From the NCBI GenBank assembly GCA_032128375.1, contig JAQBGU010000107.1, positions 64,001 to 128,000 on the forward strand: a stretch of DNA of 64,000 nucleotides, written 5' to 3'. This DNA comes from Deltaproteobacteria bacterium (GTDB lineage: Bacteria; Myxococcota_A; UBA9160; SMWR01). The position numbers and the translations under genes were made by a program. Below are positions 30,646 through 40,318 of this stretch, one piece after another (position 1 is the first letter of the stretch; each line of letters opens with the position of its first letter). The notes beneath the pieces are model-generated. The model saw only the letters and a program-made list of their open reading frames with translations. It was not told the DNA's origin and ran no database searches.

Positions 30646-32298
30646 CTAGCCATGCAGGGCGCCCCCTCGCCCCGGCCATAGCAACGCCGGGCTCAAGCGG
30701 GCGAGCGCGCCCCGGCGCGGATAGCGGTCGAGCGCAATCGGATCGCCGGTATTCAGCCCGGCACTCGTACATACGCTTCGCAGCGCATCGAGCGGTCCGC
30801 CAATCACGTCGACCAACCCGTGCGATCGTGCAGCCGCGCCGCTCCACACACGACCCCGCGCGACGCGGTCGACCGCTTCGTGAGACAGCCCGCGGCCGGT
30901 CGCTACCCGGTCGATGAATATGTCATACAGGCCCGAGATCTCGTCTCGAATCGCCGCGCGCTCGTCCGGTGTAAAGTCGCGATCGTCAGATAGCAGGCCG
31001 GCACGCGCACCCCTCTCGACGGCATCGGTCGACACACCCAGGCGAGCGTAGAGCCCCTCCATGTTCAGCTTGCCACCGATCACACCGATCGAACCGGTCA
31101 ATGTTCCGGCCTCAGCGAACACCCGGTGTGCCGCCGCTGCAAGAAAGTATCCGCCGGATGCCGCGACATCGCCCATCGAGGCGACCACCGGTTTGGTCTC
31201 GGCGACCCGCGATGCGGCACGCCACAACAAATCGGATGCGATCGCGTCACCGCCGGGGCTGTCGATGCGCAGTACCACCCCGCGGACGTCGTCGCGCTCG
31301 CGCAGGCGTTCGAACAACTTTGACATCGAACCGGACAGGATGCCGCGACCTTCTGTCCCGCGCCCGATCGTCCCACTCGCGAGGACATACGCGATGCGGG
31401 GCAAACTCGTCCCCATCGGGACGAAGGCGCGCGCGCTGAGTCGAAGATTGCGATAGGCGACCGCATCGACGAGACGGACTTTTGGTTGTTGCACCGCGGG
31501 TCGTGAATCGGATGGAGTAACCGATGGATCGGTTGGCTCGCCCAATAATGCGAGCTTGTCTTCTATCCCGTCGGGGTACAGGCACCCGTCGATCAGCCCC
31601 AACTCGGCTGCCGCACGCGCGCGGAATGGGCCACGGTCGATCAGCGCCTTCACTTGCGCCGCATCCAAGCCGCGTCCCGTAGCGATCCCGTCCACGAGTT
31701 CTGAAAACAGATCGTCGACGAGCGCCTCGATCTGTTCCCTGGCTTCGGGCGACATCCGGTCGCGCGTAAAACGCTCGGCAGCGCTCTTATAGTCTCCCGC
31801 CCGAACCACTTCGGGTCGCACCCCGAGGTTGTCGAGTAATCCCCGAAAGAAGTAGGAGTCGGCGCGCAGCCCGACCAGGAACAGGCTCCCGGCCTCTGGC
31901 AGCCAGATCTTCGTTGCGGCACTCACCAGCAGGAAGCTCGCTGCGTCGAGCGTCTCTGCGTAGGCTGCGACGGGTTTTCCCGCTTCCCGAACGCGCACCA
32001 CCGCGCGTCGCAACGAGTGCACTTTGCTCCAGCCCGACGGCGCACCCACGATGCGCAACAACACGCCGCTGATGCGCGGATCGTCTGCGGCCGACTCGAG
32101 CACTTCGAGTGCTTCGAGCAACCCCAACCTCGGTTCGCGCGCGACAATCGGCGGCGGCCCTTCGCCCATCGATGCATGGATTCGAACCACGACCCACACA
32201 GATTCGTCGCGCGGGAGCGCTCGCGCAGCGATTCCGCGCCGCACGCCACTGCTGATGTTCGTTCCCAGCCGCCGACCCCAGTCCAGAACTCGCGTCAT
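30646..32298 (-). CDS. sppA: Signal peptide peptidase SppA (long form)
   Basis: GDYKSA, RIDSPGG, VAASGGY, TGSIGV, GRVWSG; ATG at 32298 overlaps the stop of the VWA gene (ATGA). Confidence 0.9.
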   Translation of the reverse strand: MTRVLDWGRRLGTNISSGVRRGIAARALPRDESVWVVVRIHASMGEGPPPIVAREPRLGLLEALEVLESAADDPRISGVLLRIVGAPSGWSKVHSLRRAVVRVREAGKPVAAYAETLDAASFLLVSAATKIWLPEAGSLFLVGLRADSYFFRGLLDNLGVRPEVVRAGDYKSAAERFTRDRMSPEAREQIEALVDDLFSELVDGIATGRGLDAAQVKALIDRGPFRARAAAELGLIDGCLYPDGIEDKLALLGEPTDPSVTPSDSRPAVQQPKVRLVDAVAYRNLRLSARAFVPMGTSLPRIAYVLASGTIGRGTEGRGILSGSMSKLFERLRERDDVRGVVLRIDSPGGDAIASDLLWRAASRVAETKPVVASMGDVAASGGYFLAAAAHRVFAEAGTLTGSIGVIGGKLNMEGLYARLGVSTDAVERGARAGLLSDDRDFTPDERAAIRDEISGLYDIFIDRVATGRGLSHEAVDRVARGRVWSGAAARSHGLVDVIGGPLDALRSVCTSAGLNTGDPIALDRYPRRGALARLSPALLWPGRGGALHG

Positions 32299-33944
32299 CC
32301 GGCGTTTCGTTTCTTTCGTCCATCGAGGTAATCGAACATCACGTAGGATCCGAGTTGGGTCGGGCTGCTGAACAACGCGCGACCGCGATTGACCTGTGTC
32401 ATGTGCTCCACGAAACCCACCAATTCGGGCGCATCGTCGAGCATGAAGGTATTGATCGTGATGCCCCGTCTCGTGACTCGCCGAACTTGATTCATTGTTG
32501 CGACGACAGCGTGCGGGGACACTCCGCCGAACCCCGACGGCCACTCGACTCGCAACTCGTTGCCCTGGAAGTATGCGGTGGGTTGACCATCGGTGATCAC
32601 CAGAATCTGAGGACTGCTGCAGGGATGCTGTGCGATCAGGCGCTCTGCAACCCGCAAGCCGTCTTGCAGGTTCGTAAACGGATCGCCCAGGTCCCAGCTC
32701 GCTTCGGGGAGTTCTTTGACCGGGAGTTCCCGCGCCCGCGTAGAGAACCCCACCACGAAGAATTTGTCGCGCGGAAACTTCGTTCGAATCAGATGGTCCA
32801 ACGCCAGAGCGACGCGCTTGGCGGCCGCGAATCGGCCCGCCCACGACATCGACCAACTCATGTCGAGCAGCAGCACCGTCGTGGTCTGCGTCGTGTAATC
32901 GAACTCGCGAATCTCGAAGTCGGCGACATCGAGATTCAACGCCGCACCCTTGCTTCCCATGACGGAGCCCACACCCACATCGGCGGCCGACATGCGTCGA
33001 ACTCCGTTCATCATCGTACGCACGACATCGAGATCGAGCGGGTCTCCGAACTCAAAGGGCTTGGTCTCGTCCGGCCGCGGGATCGCCGCACCGCGGGCGT
33101 CGGTCTCGTGGCCTCCCAGCCGGTCTTTGCGCAGTGCGCCGTAGACCGCAGCGAGTGCGTTCGCGCCGATCTTGCGGATAGCGCGAGGCGTCAATGCGTC
33201 GCCCGATTGCCTCAGATACCCGCGGCGCTCGAGGCTCGACTCGAGATCCCGCAACAGGATGAACGATCGCGCTGCTGCGTCGCCCAGCATCTCCTGGAGC
33301 ATCTCGGGCGTGATCCGTTCGAAATTTCCCTGCGCAAGATCGCGCGCCAACTGCTCGATCCCCTCGATGCGCCCGCGAACCTGCTGGGCGGTCTCGTAGT
33401 CCGCCTGTTCCGAACCACGGAATCGATCGCCGCGCTGCTCGAGAAATTTCTCGAGTTGGCGCTGGCGGTCGAGTTCGTCGAGGAGTTCCTGGAAGTCTTC
33501 TCCGGCCTGCTCGTCTTCGAACGCGTAGTCACGGAACTGCTCGATGCTGTCCGAGAGTTCTGGAAGCTCGGCATATCGGCGCCGCCCGAAGTCGTTCATC
33601 CGTGACGACTCGTAGCCGTAGGCTTCCTCGAGCGCGCTCTTCTCCCGATCGAGTATCTCGTCGAAGCGCCGAGAGATCTCATCGAGTGCCATATCCATGT
33701 CGTAACGGTCGTAGAGCGCTTGCGCTTCGTCTCGAAGCTCGTTGATGAGCTCTTCGACACCCATCACGCGCATGTCCATCCCGGCCATCTCCAGCTCGAA
33801 GCCGTGGCGCCGCATCCACTCGAGCGCCTCGCGAACGTCGAGGCCCTCCATCAACAGGTCCGACAGCGCATCGAGCGCCCGGTCTGGATCGAGTGAGAAC
33901 TCGACCTGGGATCCGTCCCAGCGGCTGTAGATCGCGGACCTCAT
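32295..33944 (-). CDS. VWA domain-containing protein
   Basis: YSRWDGSQ N-terminus, MIDAS motif DMSWSM, TNLQDGL, ITDGQPTA. Confidence 0.9.
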   Translation of the reverse strand: MRSAIYSRWDGSQVEFSLDPDRALDALSDLLMEGLDVREALEWMRRHGFELEMAGMDMRVMGVEELINELRDEAQALYDRYDMDMALDEISRRFDEILDREKSALEEAYGYESSRMNDFGRRRYAELPELSDSIEQFRDYAFEDEQAGEDFQELLDELDRQRQLEKFLEQRGDRFRGSEQADYETAQQVRGRIEGIEQLARDLAQGNFERITPEMLQEMLGDAAARSFILLRDLESSLERRGYLRQSGDALTPRAIRKIGANALAAVYGALRKDRLGGHETDARGAAIPRPDETKPFEFGDPLDLDVVRTMMNGVRRMSAADVGVGSVMGSKGAALNLDVADFEIREFDYTTQTTTVLLLDMSWSMSWAGRFAAAKRVALALDHLIRTKFPRDKFFVVGFSTRARELPVKELPEASWDLGDPFTNLQDGLRVAERLIAQHPCSSPQILVITDGQPTAYFQGNELRVEWPSGFGGVSPHAVVATMNQVRRVTRRGITINTFMLDDAPELVGFVEHMTQVNRGRALFSSPTQLGSYVMFDYLDGRKKRNAG

Positions 33945-33947
33945 GAT

Positions 33948-35357
33948 TCAAGCCTTCTGGTAGCGTGCGCCGGCTTCGCCGGTCGACTTGTTCAGACGAT
34001 TGGACAGATGCAGCCCCTCGAGGATGAACTCGATCGCGGACGCGATCCTCGCTGGGGAGTCGCCGCCGGCGAGGCGCGCGGCGGCATCCTTCAAGCCGCC
34101 GATCTCGTCGAGGCCCGCGAGATACTCCGCCGCCGGCATTTCCGCCGAAGTTTCGACTTTCCAGCCGTCGTTGAACGACTCGATAACCGAGGCCATGCCT
34201 TCGAGCGGAATCAGCTCGTCGAACACGATGCGCACCGCCTTGTGCATGAGTTCGGCGATCACCTCACTCTCCGAGCGCTCGGCGCCCGCGTACTCGAGTT
34301 CGAGTTTCCCTGAGCTGGACGTCGCCAACGCGTCCAGATCGGAAACGCGCGGCACTGCATCGCTCTCGCCCAGTCGAAGCGCGCGACGCAACGCATTGGC
34401 GATCAGCGTCTCATAGTTCGCGATAGACATGCGAACGGAGACGCCAGACGCCTGATTGACATCCGGGCTGTGGCGCGCCTGGAACGTGAGTTCGCCGACG
34501 ATCTTCTCCATGAACTCCGGCAAGAAAATCGCGATTCCCTCGACCTGGGGTACGAGCGCCTCCTGGCGCACGATCTCGAGTTCGAGATCACGGGTCCTGG
34601 CGTAGTGGGTGCGAATCTGAGCCGCGTAGCGGTCCTTGAGCGGCGTGATGATACGACCGCGACTGGTGTAATCCTCGGGGTTTGCACTCGCGATCACGAC
34701 GACGTCGATGGGCAGTCGGATCGTGTAACCCTTTACCTGCACGTCGCGCTCTTGCATGACATTGAACATGGCGACCTGAACCTTTTCCGTCAGATCCGGA
34801 AGTTCGTTGATACAGAACAACCCGCGGTTGCTGCGAGGTACGAGTCCAAAGTGCATTGTTTCTACATCCGACAGCGAACGTCCCTGCGCGACCTTGATCG
34901 GATCCACGTCTCCAATCAGATCGCCCACCGAGGTGTCGGGAGTAGCGAGTTTCTCGACGTAGCGATCGTCTCGATGCAGCCAGGTGATCCCGGTTTCGTC
35001 GCCGCACTCGGCCAGTTTCGCGCGAGCGTCGGGCGAGGCCGGCGCGAATGGATCGTCGCGAAGTTCGCTACCCGTGACGATGGGAATCCACTCGTCGAGC
35101 AGCGAGGTCAGCGAGCGGATCATCCGCGTCTTCGCCTGGCCGCGCTCGCCGAGGAAGATCATGTCGTGTCCGCAGAGCAGTGCGTTCTGTACTGCCGGAA
35201 CCACCGTATCCTCGAAGCCGTGAATCCCCTCGAACAGTGGAGTACCTCTTCGGATTCGATCCTGCAGGTTGCCGCGCAATTCGTCGCGTACCCGGCGCGG
35301 CTTGTAGCCCGACTTGCGAAGTTCTCCGAACGTCCGGGGACTGGGGGGCGTGGCCAT
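33948..35357 (-). CDS. AAA+ ATPase (Mg-chelatase/MoxR-like), partner of the VWA protein
   Basis: GERGQAKT, INELPDL, NPEDYTSRGRIITPLKDR; GGAGGA RBS before 35357. Confidence 0.9.
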   Translation of the reverse strand: MATPPSPRTFGELRKSGYKPRRVRDELRGNLQDRIRRGTPLFEGIHGFEDTVVPAVQNALLCGHDMIFLGERGQAKTRMIRSLTSLLDEWIPIVTGSELRDDPFAPASPDARAKLAECGDETGITWLHRDDRYVEKLATPDTSVGDLIGDVDPIKVAQGRSLSDVETMHFGLVPRSNRGLFCINELPDLTEKVQVAMFNVMQERDVQVKGYTIRLPIDVVVIASANPEDYTSRGRIITPLKDRYAAQIRTHYARTRDLELEIVRQEALVPQVEGIAIFLPEFMEKIVGELTFQARHSPDVNQASGVSVRMSIANYETLIANALRRALRLGESDAVPRVSDLDALATSSSGKLELEYAGAERSESEVIAELMHKAVRIVFDELIPLEGMASVIESFNDGWKVETSAEMPAAEYLAGLDEIGGLKDAAARLAGGDSPARIASAIEFILEGLHLSNRLNKSTGEAGARYQKA

Positions 35358-35373
35358 TGGATCCTCCTGGGTT

Positions 35374-35403
35374 TCGGATCTTGTGTCGGATCTGTGTCGG
35401 ATC
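35374..35403. repeat. Tandem repeat about 3 x TCGGATC(T)TGTG
   Basis: tcggatcttgtg tcggatctgtg tcggatc just upstream of the AAA+ gene RBS. Confidence 0.7.
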
Positions 35404-35580
35404 GAGTTTTCCTGATCGGGTCTGTCCGGGTTGGCGTCCGGCGGCGCGTGCCGCTTGATTCTCGGTTTCCGAGCGTAGCCCGCCCGGCGCGCGGCACACA
35501 CAGGGTGCTGGCTGGGCGTCGACCAGCCTGGCTGGCTGACTTGGCCTGAGACTGGGCTCGAGACCTGGCTCGAGAAAGAA

Positions 35581-36768
35581 TCAGACTAGATCGGACGAGT
35601 CCGGGTTACTTCGCATGCGTAGCGTTTCGGTGACGTGGCGGATGATCTGCAACACAGACCTGTCGAACGAGACGTTGTCGACGATGGGCACGCCGTAGAG
35701 GTCCGCCTGCTCGAGGAAGTAGTCCTGAATCTGCAGGATGGCGTCGAGGTTTTCGAGGTAACGGTGTGGGTCTCTGCGGTTCGGTCCGGCTGCGCGTGCC
35801 GCAAAGCGGTCGTGAAAGGAATTTTCGTCCAGGGTCGCCACCACCAAGAAGATCACGTCGGCCAGCTCGACGTACGATTCGAGATCGATCAGCCCGGGAA
35901 CGATGGAGACTCCGTCCATGACCAGACTGGCGTTTTCGGAAACGGCTCGATCCATCGATGCCCGAATTCCGACCGATACGGTCGCCGCCTGGGATTGGAA
36001 TCCTTCCAGAACGGCCTCGGCTCCGTGGCTCTTCGCTCTGAGTCTGACGTGTGCATCATAGGACGAACCATGGATGGCAGGAGCGAGTTCGGGCGACAAC
36101 ATCAGGCGCATGATCTGTCGAATCGAGTCGGTCGACAACATGCGACCAATCCCCAGTCGGTGAGCTACCTCGAGTGCCAGCGATGTTTTCCCGACCCCAG
36201 CGGCGCCGCCTAGCAAGATGATGACCGGCCGCTCGGGCTCCTGGTATCTACGCCATACCAGGTATCGCTCTGCGGTTTGCGCCCCGAGCCGGCGCGACAG
36301 CGTCTCGTACGCCAAGCCGCGCAGCTCACTTCGCTCGATCTCGCGAGCGCCGCGAATCACCAGGTCTGCTTCGAGTTCTCGAGCGACATCGAAGGCTTGT
36401 GCTGGTTCGATCGCGGCCGCGAGCAACGATTGCGACAGCACGCCCTTCGAAAACGGAAGGCCGCGCCCACGGCCGGTGATCGTGATGTCCGCCGCAACGG
36501 GAAGCGGGGGTTCATCTGCCAGCGCATCGCGGCCGAGGATTTCGAGCACGGTCTTGGCGAGCTCTGCCTTGGACACCTCCGACAGACCTCGAATCCGCTC
36601 AAAAACCCGGTCAGCAGTCTGGTACGCATCCTCAAATGAAATCCCGCGGGCCATCAGCGAGTGGACCATGATTCCGCGCATGAACGGTCGGCGGTTGCCC
36701 TTGTCTTCCACCTCGACTCGGCCCTGACGGTCCCCGGACGGGGGCGTTCGCTGGTCAGAATCGGGCAT
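35581..36768 (-). CDS. 2-phosphoglycerate-kinase-like P-loop kinase with two N-terminal ATP-cone-like domains
   Basis: PFMRGIMVHSL and PFSKGVLSQSL repeats, then IILLGGAAGVGKT, STDSIRQIMR, IHGSSY. Confidence 0.8.
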   Translation of the reverse strand: MPDSDQRTPPSGDRQGRVEVEDKGNRRPFMRGIMVHSLMARGISFEDAYQTADRVFERIRGLSEVSKAELAKTVLEILGRDALADEPPLPVAADITITGRGRGLPFSKGVLSQSLLAAAIEPAQAFDVARELEADLVIRGAREIERSELRGLAYETLSRRLGAQTAERYLVWRRYQEPERPVIILLGGAAGVGKTSLALEVAHRLGIGRMLSTDSIRQIMRLMLSPELAPAIHGSSYDAHVRLRAKSHGAEAVLEGFQSQAATVSVGIRASMDRAVSENASLVMDGVSIVPGLIDLESYVELADVIFLVVATLDENSFHDRFAARAAGPNRRDPHRYLENLDAILQIQDYFLEQADLYGVPIVDNVSFDRSVLQIIRHVTETLRMRSNPDSSDLV

Positions 36769-36881
36769 TCGGACCAGAATAACTCACGGCTTATGCAGTC
36801 GCGAATCGACCGTCGACTCCGTGAAACACGCAAATTCGATGATTATCAGCTCCAAACCGCACAAAAAATCAATGTTCTGGG

Positions 36882-36911
36882 TTGACTAGCGAACTCGACC
36901 GCACGTACGCT
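36882..36911 (+). promoter_or_regulatory. Putative sigma-70 promoter for the MerR gene
   Basis: TTGACT-N18-TACGCT, 9 nt before ATG 36921. Confidence 0.45.
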
Positions 36912-36920
36912 CGACCCACG

Positions 36921-37442
36921 ATGCAATTTGGGGTCGGGTCCTTGCCGGGTTCATCGATTGCCAGCAGCGCGCGTTTTCAGACGCGGGAGGTCGTTGAGAT
37001 CCTCCAGATTTCGCGTCGCCAGTTGCAGTATTGGGCGCAAACTGGACTCGTTGAACCCAGCGCAAAGACCCCGGGGGGGCACAGTCGCTATACCTTTGAG
37101 GACTTGGTTGCCCTCAAGGCCGCGAAAAGATTGATTGATTCCGGCGTTTCGGTCCAACGTATCCGCGCTTCGATTGGTGCACTGCGAAAGATCTTGCCGA
37201 CTGTAGTAAGTCCGCTCGCTGAACTGGTGCTGGTTGCCACGGGTGATGTCGTGTTGGTTTTTAGAGACGGAATGGCATTCGATGCCGTTTCGGGCCAGGA
37301 ATGGGTATTCGAAGTTGCAGATTTCGAGCGCGAAGTCGAGGCCTATCGAAGGTCAATCGAGACTCCAGACACAACCGTGCGCAAGGCGAGATCGGGTACG
37401 CGATCGGGTTCTGATCGGTTATCGCAACGCACCAGCAGCTGA
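36921..37442 (+). CDS. MerR-family transcriptional regulator
   Basis: TREVVEILQISRRQLQYWAQTGLVEP...RYTFEDL winged HTH. Confidence 0.88.
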   Translation: MQFGVGSLPGSSIASSARFQTREVVEILQISRRQLQYWAQTGLVEPSAKTPGGHSRYTFEDLVALKAAKRLIDSGVSVQRIRASIGALRKILPTVVSPLAELVLVATGDVVLVFRDGMAFDAVSGQEWVFEVADFEREVEAYRRSIETPDTTVRKARSGTRSGSDRLSQRTSS

Positions 37443-37567
37443 CCTGCGCTGAAAAGCTCCAACACCACGCCGGAGGACTACCGCGACCAGGATGGGTCGG
37501 GAACTGAGCTGGTTGGCATCGGCCTACGCGTTTCGAGATGTTGGCGATGCGAACCAAGTGGGGGAGA

Positions 37568-38659
37568 ATGCCAGTGCGCGTAATCGCAATCGTGAACCAG
37601 AAGGGTGGCTGCGGAAAGACGACGACCACCGTCAACCTGGCTGCGAGCCTGGCGGCCGATGACGCGCGGGTGTTGATCGTAGACATCGACCCGCAGGCCC
37701 ATGCGACGCTGGCCGTCGGCGTCGACCCGGATGAAATCGACGAAAACCTCTACGAGGTTCTCGCCGAAGCCGGGGGAAGTGAGCGCCTGCAGAGCATCAT
37801 CATCGAAGTGGGGGACAACCTCGACCTCGCTCCGTCCGGCATCGTGCTCTCGGCTCTCGAACAGAAGCTTGCGTCGGAGCGAGTCGACGAGCGTACCGAG
37901 AGGTTGTCCAAAGCGCTCGACGGACTCCCCGAGAATGCCTACGACTACGTGTTGATCGACTGCCCGCCAAATGTCGGCTTGCTCACCTTCAATGCACTGC
38001 GCGCGGCGACTGAGGTCATCGTCCCCCTGGAGACCAGTCGATTCGCGATTCACGGCGTAGAAAGGCTGCTCGAGACCATCGCGCTATTGAGCGAGCGAAT
38101 CGATCACGATCTCACGGTCCGCGTGCTGCCGACGCTGTATGACGGTCGCACGCGGTTTGCGCGAAAAACGCTGGGCGAGATTCGTGAGCTGTTCAAGGAT
38201 ATGTGTTTCGACACGGTGATCCGAATGAACGTCAAGCTGCGCGAAGCGGCGGGACGCGGTGTTCCGATCACGTCCTACGCGCGCTCGGCCAATGGAGCCA
38301 TCGATCACTGCGCGCTGGCGGTCGAAGTCGAAGCTTCCGCTCCGCTGCAGGGAGAAACCGGACTCGCTGCCGCCAGTGTGCTCGGATCACCTCGAGAGGT
38401 GGTGGTTCGGTTCCGAGACACGGCCGCGAGCGACGTGCGGATCGCCGGAGACTTCAACGGCTGGGTTCCAGATAAGGGTGTACGATCTCTAATCGAATCC
38501 GAGGGACAGACCCGAATCTGGACCAAGATCATTCGATTGATCCCAGGAACGTATCAGTACCGTTACGTGGTCGACGGGGAATGGCGGGAAGATCCCGACA
38601 ACCCGGAGGTCGCATCGAGCGCAGTGGGCGGGCGCAACTCGGTTCTGGTAGTGCGCTAA
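37568..38659 (+). CDS. ParA/Soj-family ATPase fused to a C-terminal glycogen-binding (AMPK1_CBM/CBM48) domain
   Basis: NQKGGCGKTTT, DIDPQAHAT, IDCPP; C-terminal VRIAGDFNGW...PGTYQYRYVVDGEWREDPDNP...NSVL. Confidence 0.9.
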   Translation: MPVRVIAIVNQKGGCGKTTTTVNLAASLAADDARVLIVDIDPQAHATLAVGVDPDEIDENLYEVLAEAGGSERLQSIIIEVGDNLDLAPSGIVLSALEQKLASERVDERTERLSKALDGLPENAYDYVLIDCPPNVGLLTFNALRAATEVIVPLETSRFAIHGVERLLETIALLSERIDHDLTVRVLPTLYDGRTRFARKTLGEIRELFKDMCFDTVIRMNVKLREAAGRGVPITSYARSANGAIDHCALAVEVEASAPLQGETGLAAASVLGSPREVVVRFRDTAASDVRIAGDFNGWVPDKGVRSLIESEGQTRIWTKIIRLIPGTYQYRYVVDGEWREDPDNPEVASSAVGGRNSVLVVR

Positions 38660-38672
38660 GGATGCGACGGCC

Positions 38673-39512
38673 TTGCCGCGGGATCTCGTAGACGTACTCG
38701 ATTACCTCTTGCCCCCAGGGGAACAACCTTCACATCAGCGATATGAAACAGAGAAAGTTGGGCCCGTTGAGTCGAGTCGTCAACCGACCGCGAAGCTCGG
38801 ACGTTCGCGCACTTCCAGGCCGGCAGCGCTGCCGATCATTACGCTGCCGATCGGCGATCGCGACGTCGTGCGCGCTGCCTTCGCATGGAATCTCGCAGTC
38901 GAGATCGCACGCTTCGGCGGGAACGTCACGCTGGTTGCTCCGGCCGACGGTACCGAATCGCCGTTGTGGCCAGCGCCAGGTCGTGGTCCGCTCGGGTCCC
39001 AGCTCGCGCTGGTTCAGGCGAGGGACATGGGCGAACTCAACCGTGCCGCATTGGACATCGCGGTCTCACGCACTGCGGAATCCGCCGACGGCGGGATCGT
39101 AATAGTCCGCGTCCCACCGGAGTGGATGAACCGCCCGTCTGGCAGTCGTGCACTGCTGCGCTGGGTTCTGCTTTTCGCGTCCCCCGAGTCTTCGGATCTG
39201 CGAGAAGCCTACGCGCTGGCGAAATGGATCGTCCAAGCCGGCCACGCGACACGGGTCGGCGTGACGATTCACGGCGCGCGCCGCATAGGGGACGCGGAGC
39301 GCGCATTTGCCCGCATCTCCGCAACAGCGTTGCGGCATCTCCGGCATTCTCTCGTGAGCTACGGTCTCCTGGTGGACGATCTTCATATTTATCGCGCCAT
39401 CGTTGCGCAGCGACCCATCGGCCTCGAGCACCCCCAGTCCCGAGCAGCACGAGCGCTTCGGGATGTGGCGCGGCTTCTGCTAGAAGACGCTCGGAACCAC
39501 CCCGTTGGGTGA
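38673..39512 (+). CDS. Hypothetical protein, MinD/FlhG-like fold lacking Walker A
   Basis: AWNLAVEIARFGGNVTLV, LREAYALAK and HPQSRAARALRDVARLL resemble MinD/FlhG segments; no KGGxGKT motif. Confidence 0.6.
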   Translation: MPRDLVDVLDYLLPPGEQPSHQRYETEKVGPVESSRQPTAKLGRSRTSRPAALPIITLPIGDRDVVRAAFAWNLAVEIARFGGNVTLVAPADGTESPLWPAPGRGPLGSQLALVQARDMGELNRAALDIAVSRTAESADGGIVIVRVPPEWMNRPSGSRALLRWVLLFASPESSDLREAYALAKWIVQAGHATRVGVTIHGARRIGDAERAFARISATALRHLRHSLVSYGLLVDDLHIYRAIVAQRPIGLEHPQSRAARALRDVARLLLEDARNHPVG

Positions 39513-40068
39513 TGTCGAACTCACGGCTGTCCCTCCGCGCGCGCACCTGATCGAGCGCCTCAGGCCACGGCTCGGCGAGCTGGTCCACGGCCTCCTCGTG
39601 ATCGCAGAAGGCCTGTTGGGTGCAGACTCGAAGATCGATTTCGTAGGTATCGAACCTTCGGGTCGTGTCGTCTTGATCCTGCTGGGCGAGCCGGGAGAGG
39701 ATCTACAATTGGTCGGGCGGGCGCTCGCACAGCGCGTTTGGGTCGAACCGCGGGTTCGGGACTGGATCCAGCTAGCTCCGAACATTGCGGCGCGTCCCGC
39801 GGCCGGGGTTCGGGTGCTGCTGTTGTGTCCCGACTTTTGTGCCCAGACCCGGGCGGCGGTCGCCTCACTCGGAGATGACGTGGTTTCGCTCGCCCGCTAC
39901 CGATGTTTGCGTAACGGTGCCGATCTGCACCTGCTGTTCGATCACCCGACAGAGCCCAGCCCGCTTCCATTTCACCCGCCCGAAATGAGCGCGCAGCCAC
40001 CGTTTCGCACCGGTCTGACGGATGAAGACCTCGGACTGACCGACGAGGAGCGCCGCGCGCTCGAGTAA
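39505..40068 (+). CDS. Hypothetical protein, degenerate PD-(D/E)XK/NucS-like fold
   Basis: KIDFVGIEPSGRVVLI and VRVLLLCPDF resemble NucS-type strands; EXK absent; overlaps the upstream stop. Confidence 0.5.
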   Translation: MGDVELTAVPPRAHLIERLRPRLGELVHGLLVIAEGLLGADSKIDFVGIEPSGRVVLILLGEPGEDLQLVGRALAQRVWVEPRVRDWIQLAPNIAARPAAGVRVLLLCPDFCAQTRAAVASLGDDVVSLARYRCLRNGADLHLLFDHPTEPSPLPFHPPEMSAQPPFRTGLTDEDLGLTDEERRALE

Positions 40069-40254
40069 TGCGAGCCTCCCAATTTCGGGCCCAGCTTGCA
40101 CTTCGGCTGCCTGGCTGTGCTCCCCGCCGTCCATAAATTTTTACCAATATTGAAATTCGGTGACATTTTTTGACACCTGTTGCCACTTCTCGACCACTAA
40201 TCAACTAGGGACACCAAAGTTCGACCTGAGCGGAAATCCGAGCCAAGCCGAATT

Positions 40255-40318
40255 CAACAAGGGTCTGACAGAACAACAGAACTACAGAACAACAAGGGTC
40301 TGAACAACAAGGGTCTGA
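40255..40318 (+). repeat. Compound direct repeats: 3 x CAACAAGGGTCTGA and 3 x CAGAAC(A/T)A
   Basis: 14-mers at 40255, 40290 and 40305; 8-mers from 40269. Confidence 0.9.

Noticed and set aside
32299..32856. N-terminal extension of SppA in the ORF track
   Set aside because: It overlaps the VWA gene in another frame; the ATGA junction at 32295-32298 gives a natural start.
37568..38659. Chromosome or plasmid partitioning locus
   Set aside because: No parB, no parS-like palindrome and no replication gene in the window.
40255..40318. Interspaced 14-bp repeats as a mini-CRISPR
   Set aside because: Repeats are too short, gaps are 21 and 1 bp, and the longer gap is itself repetitive.
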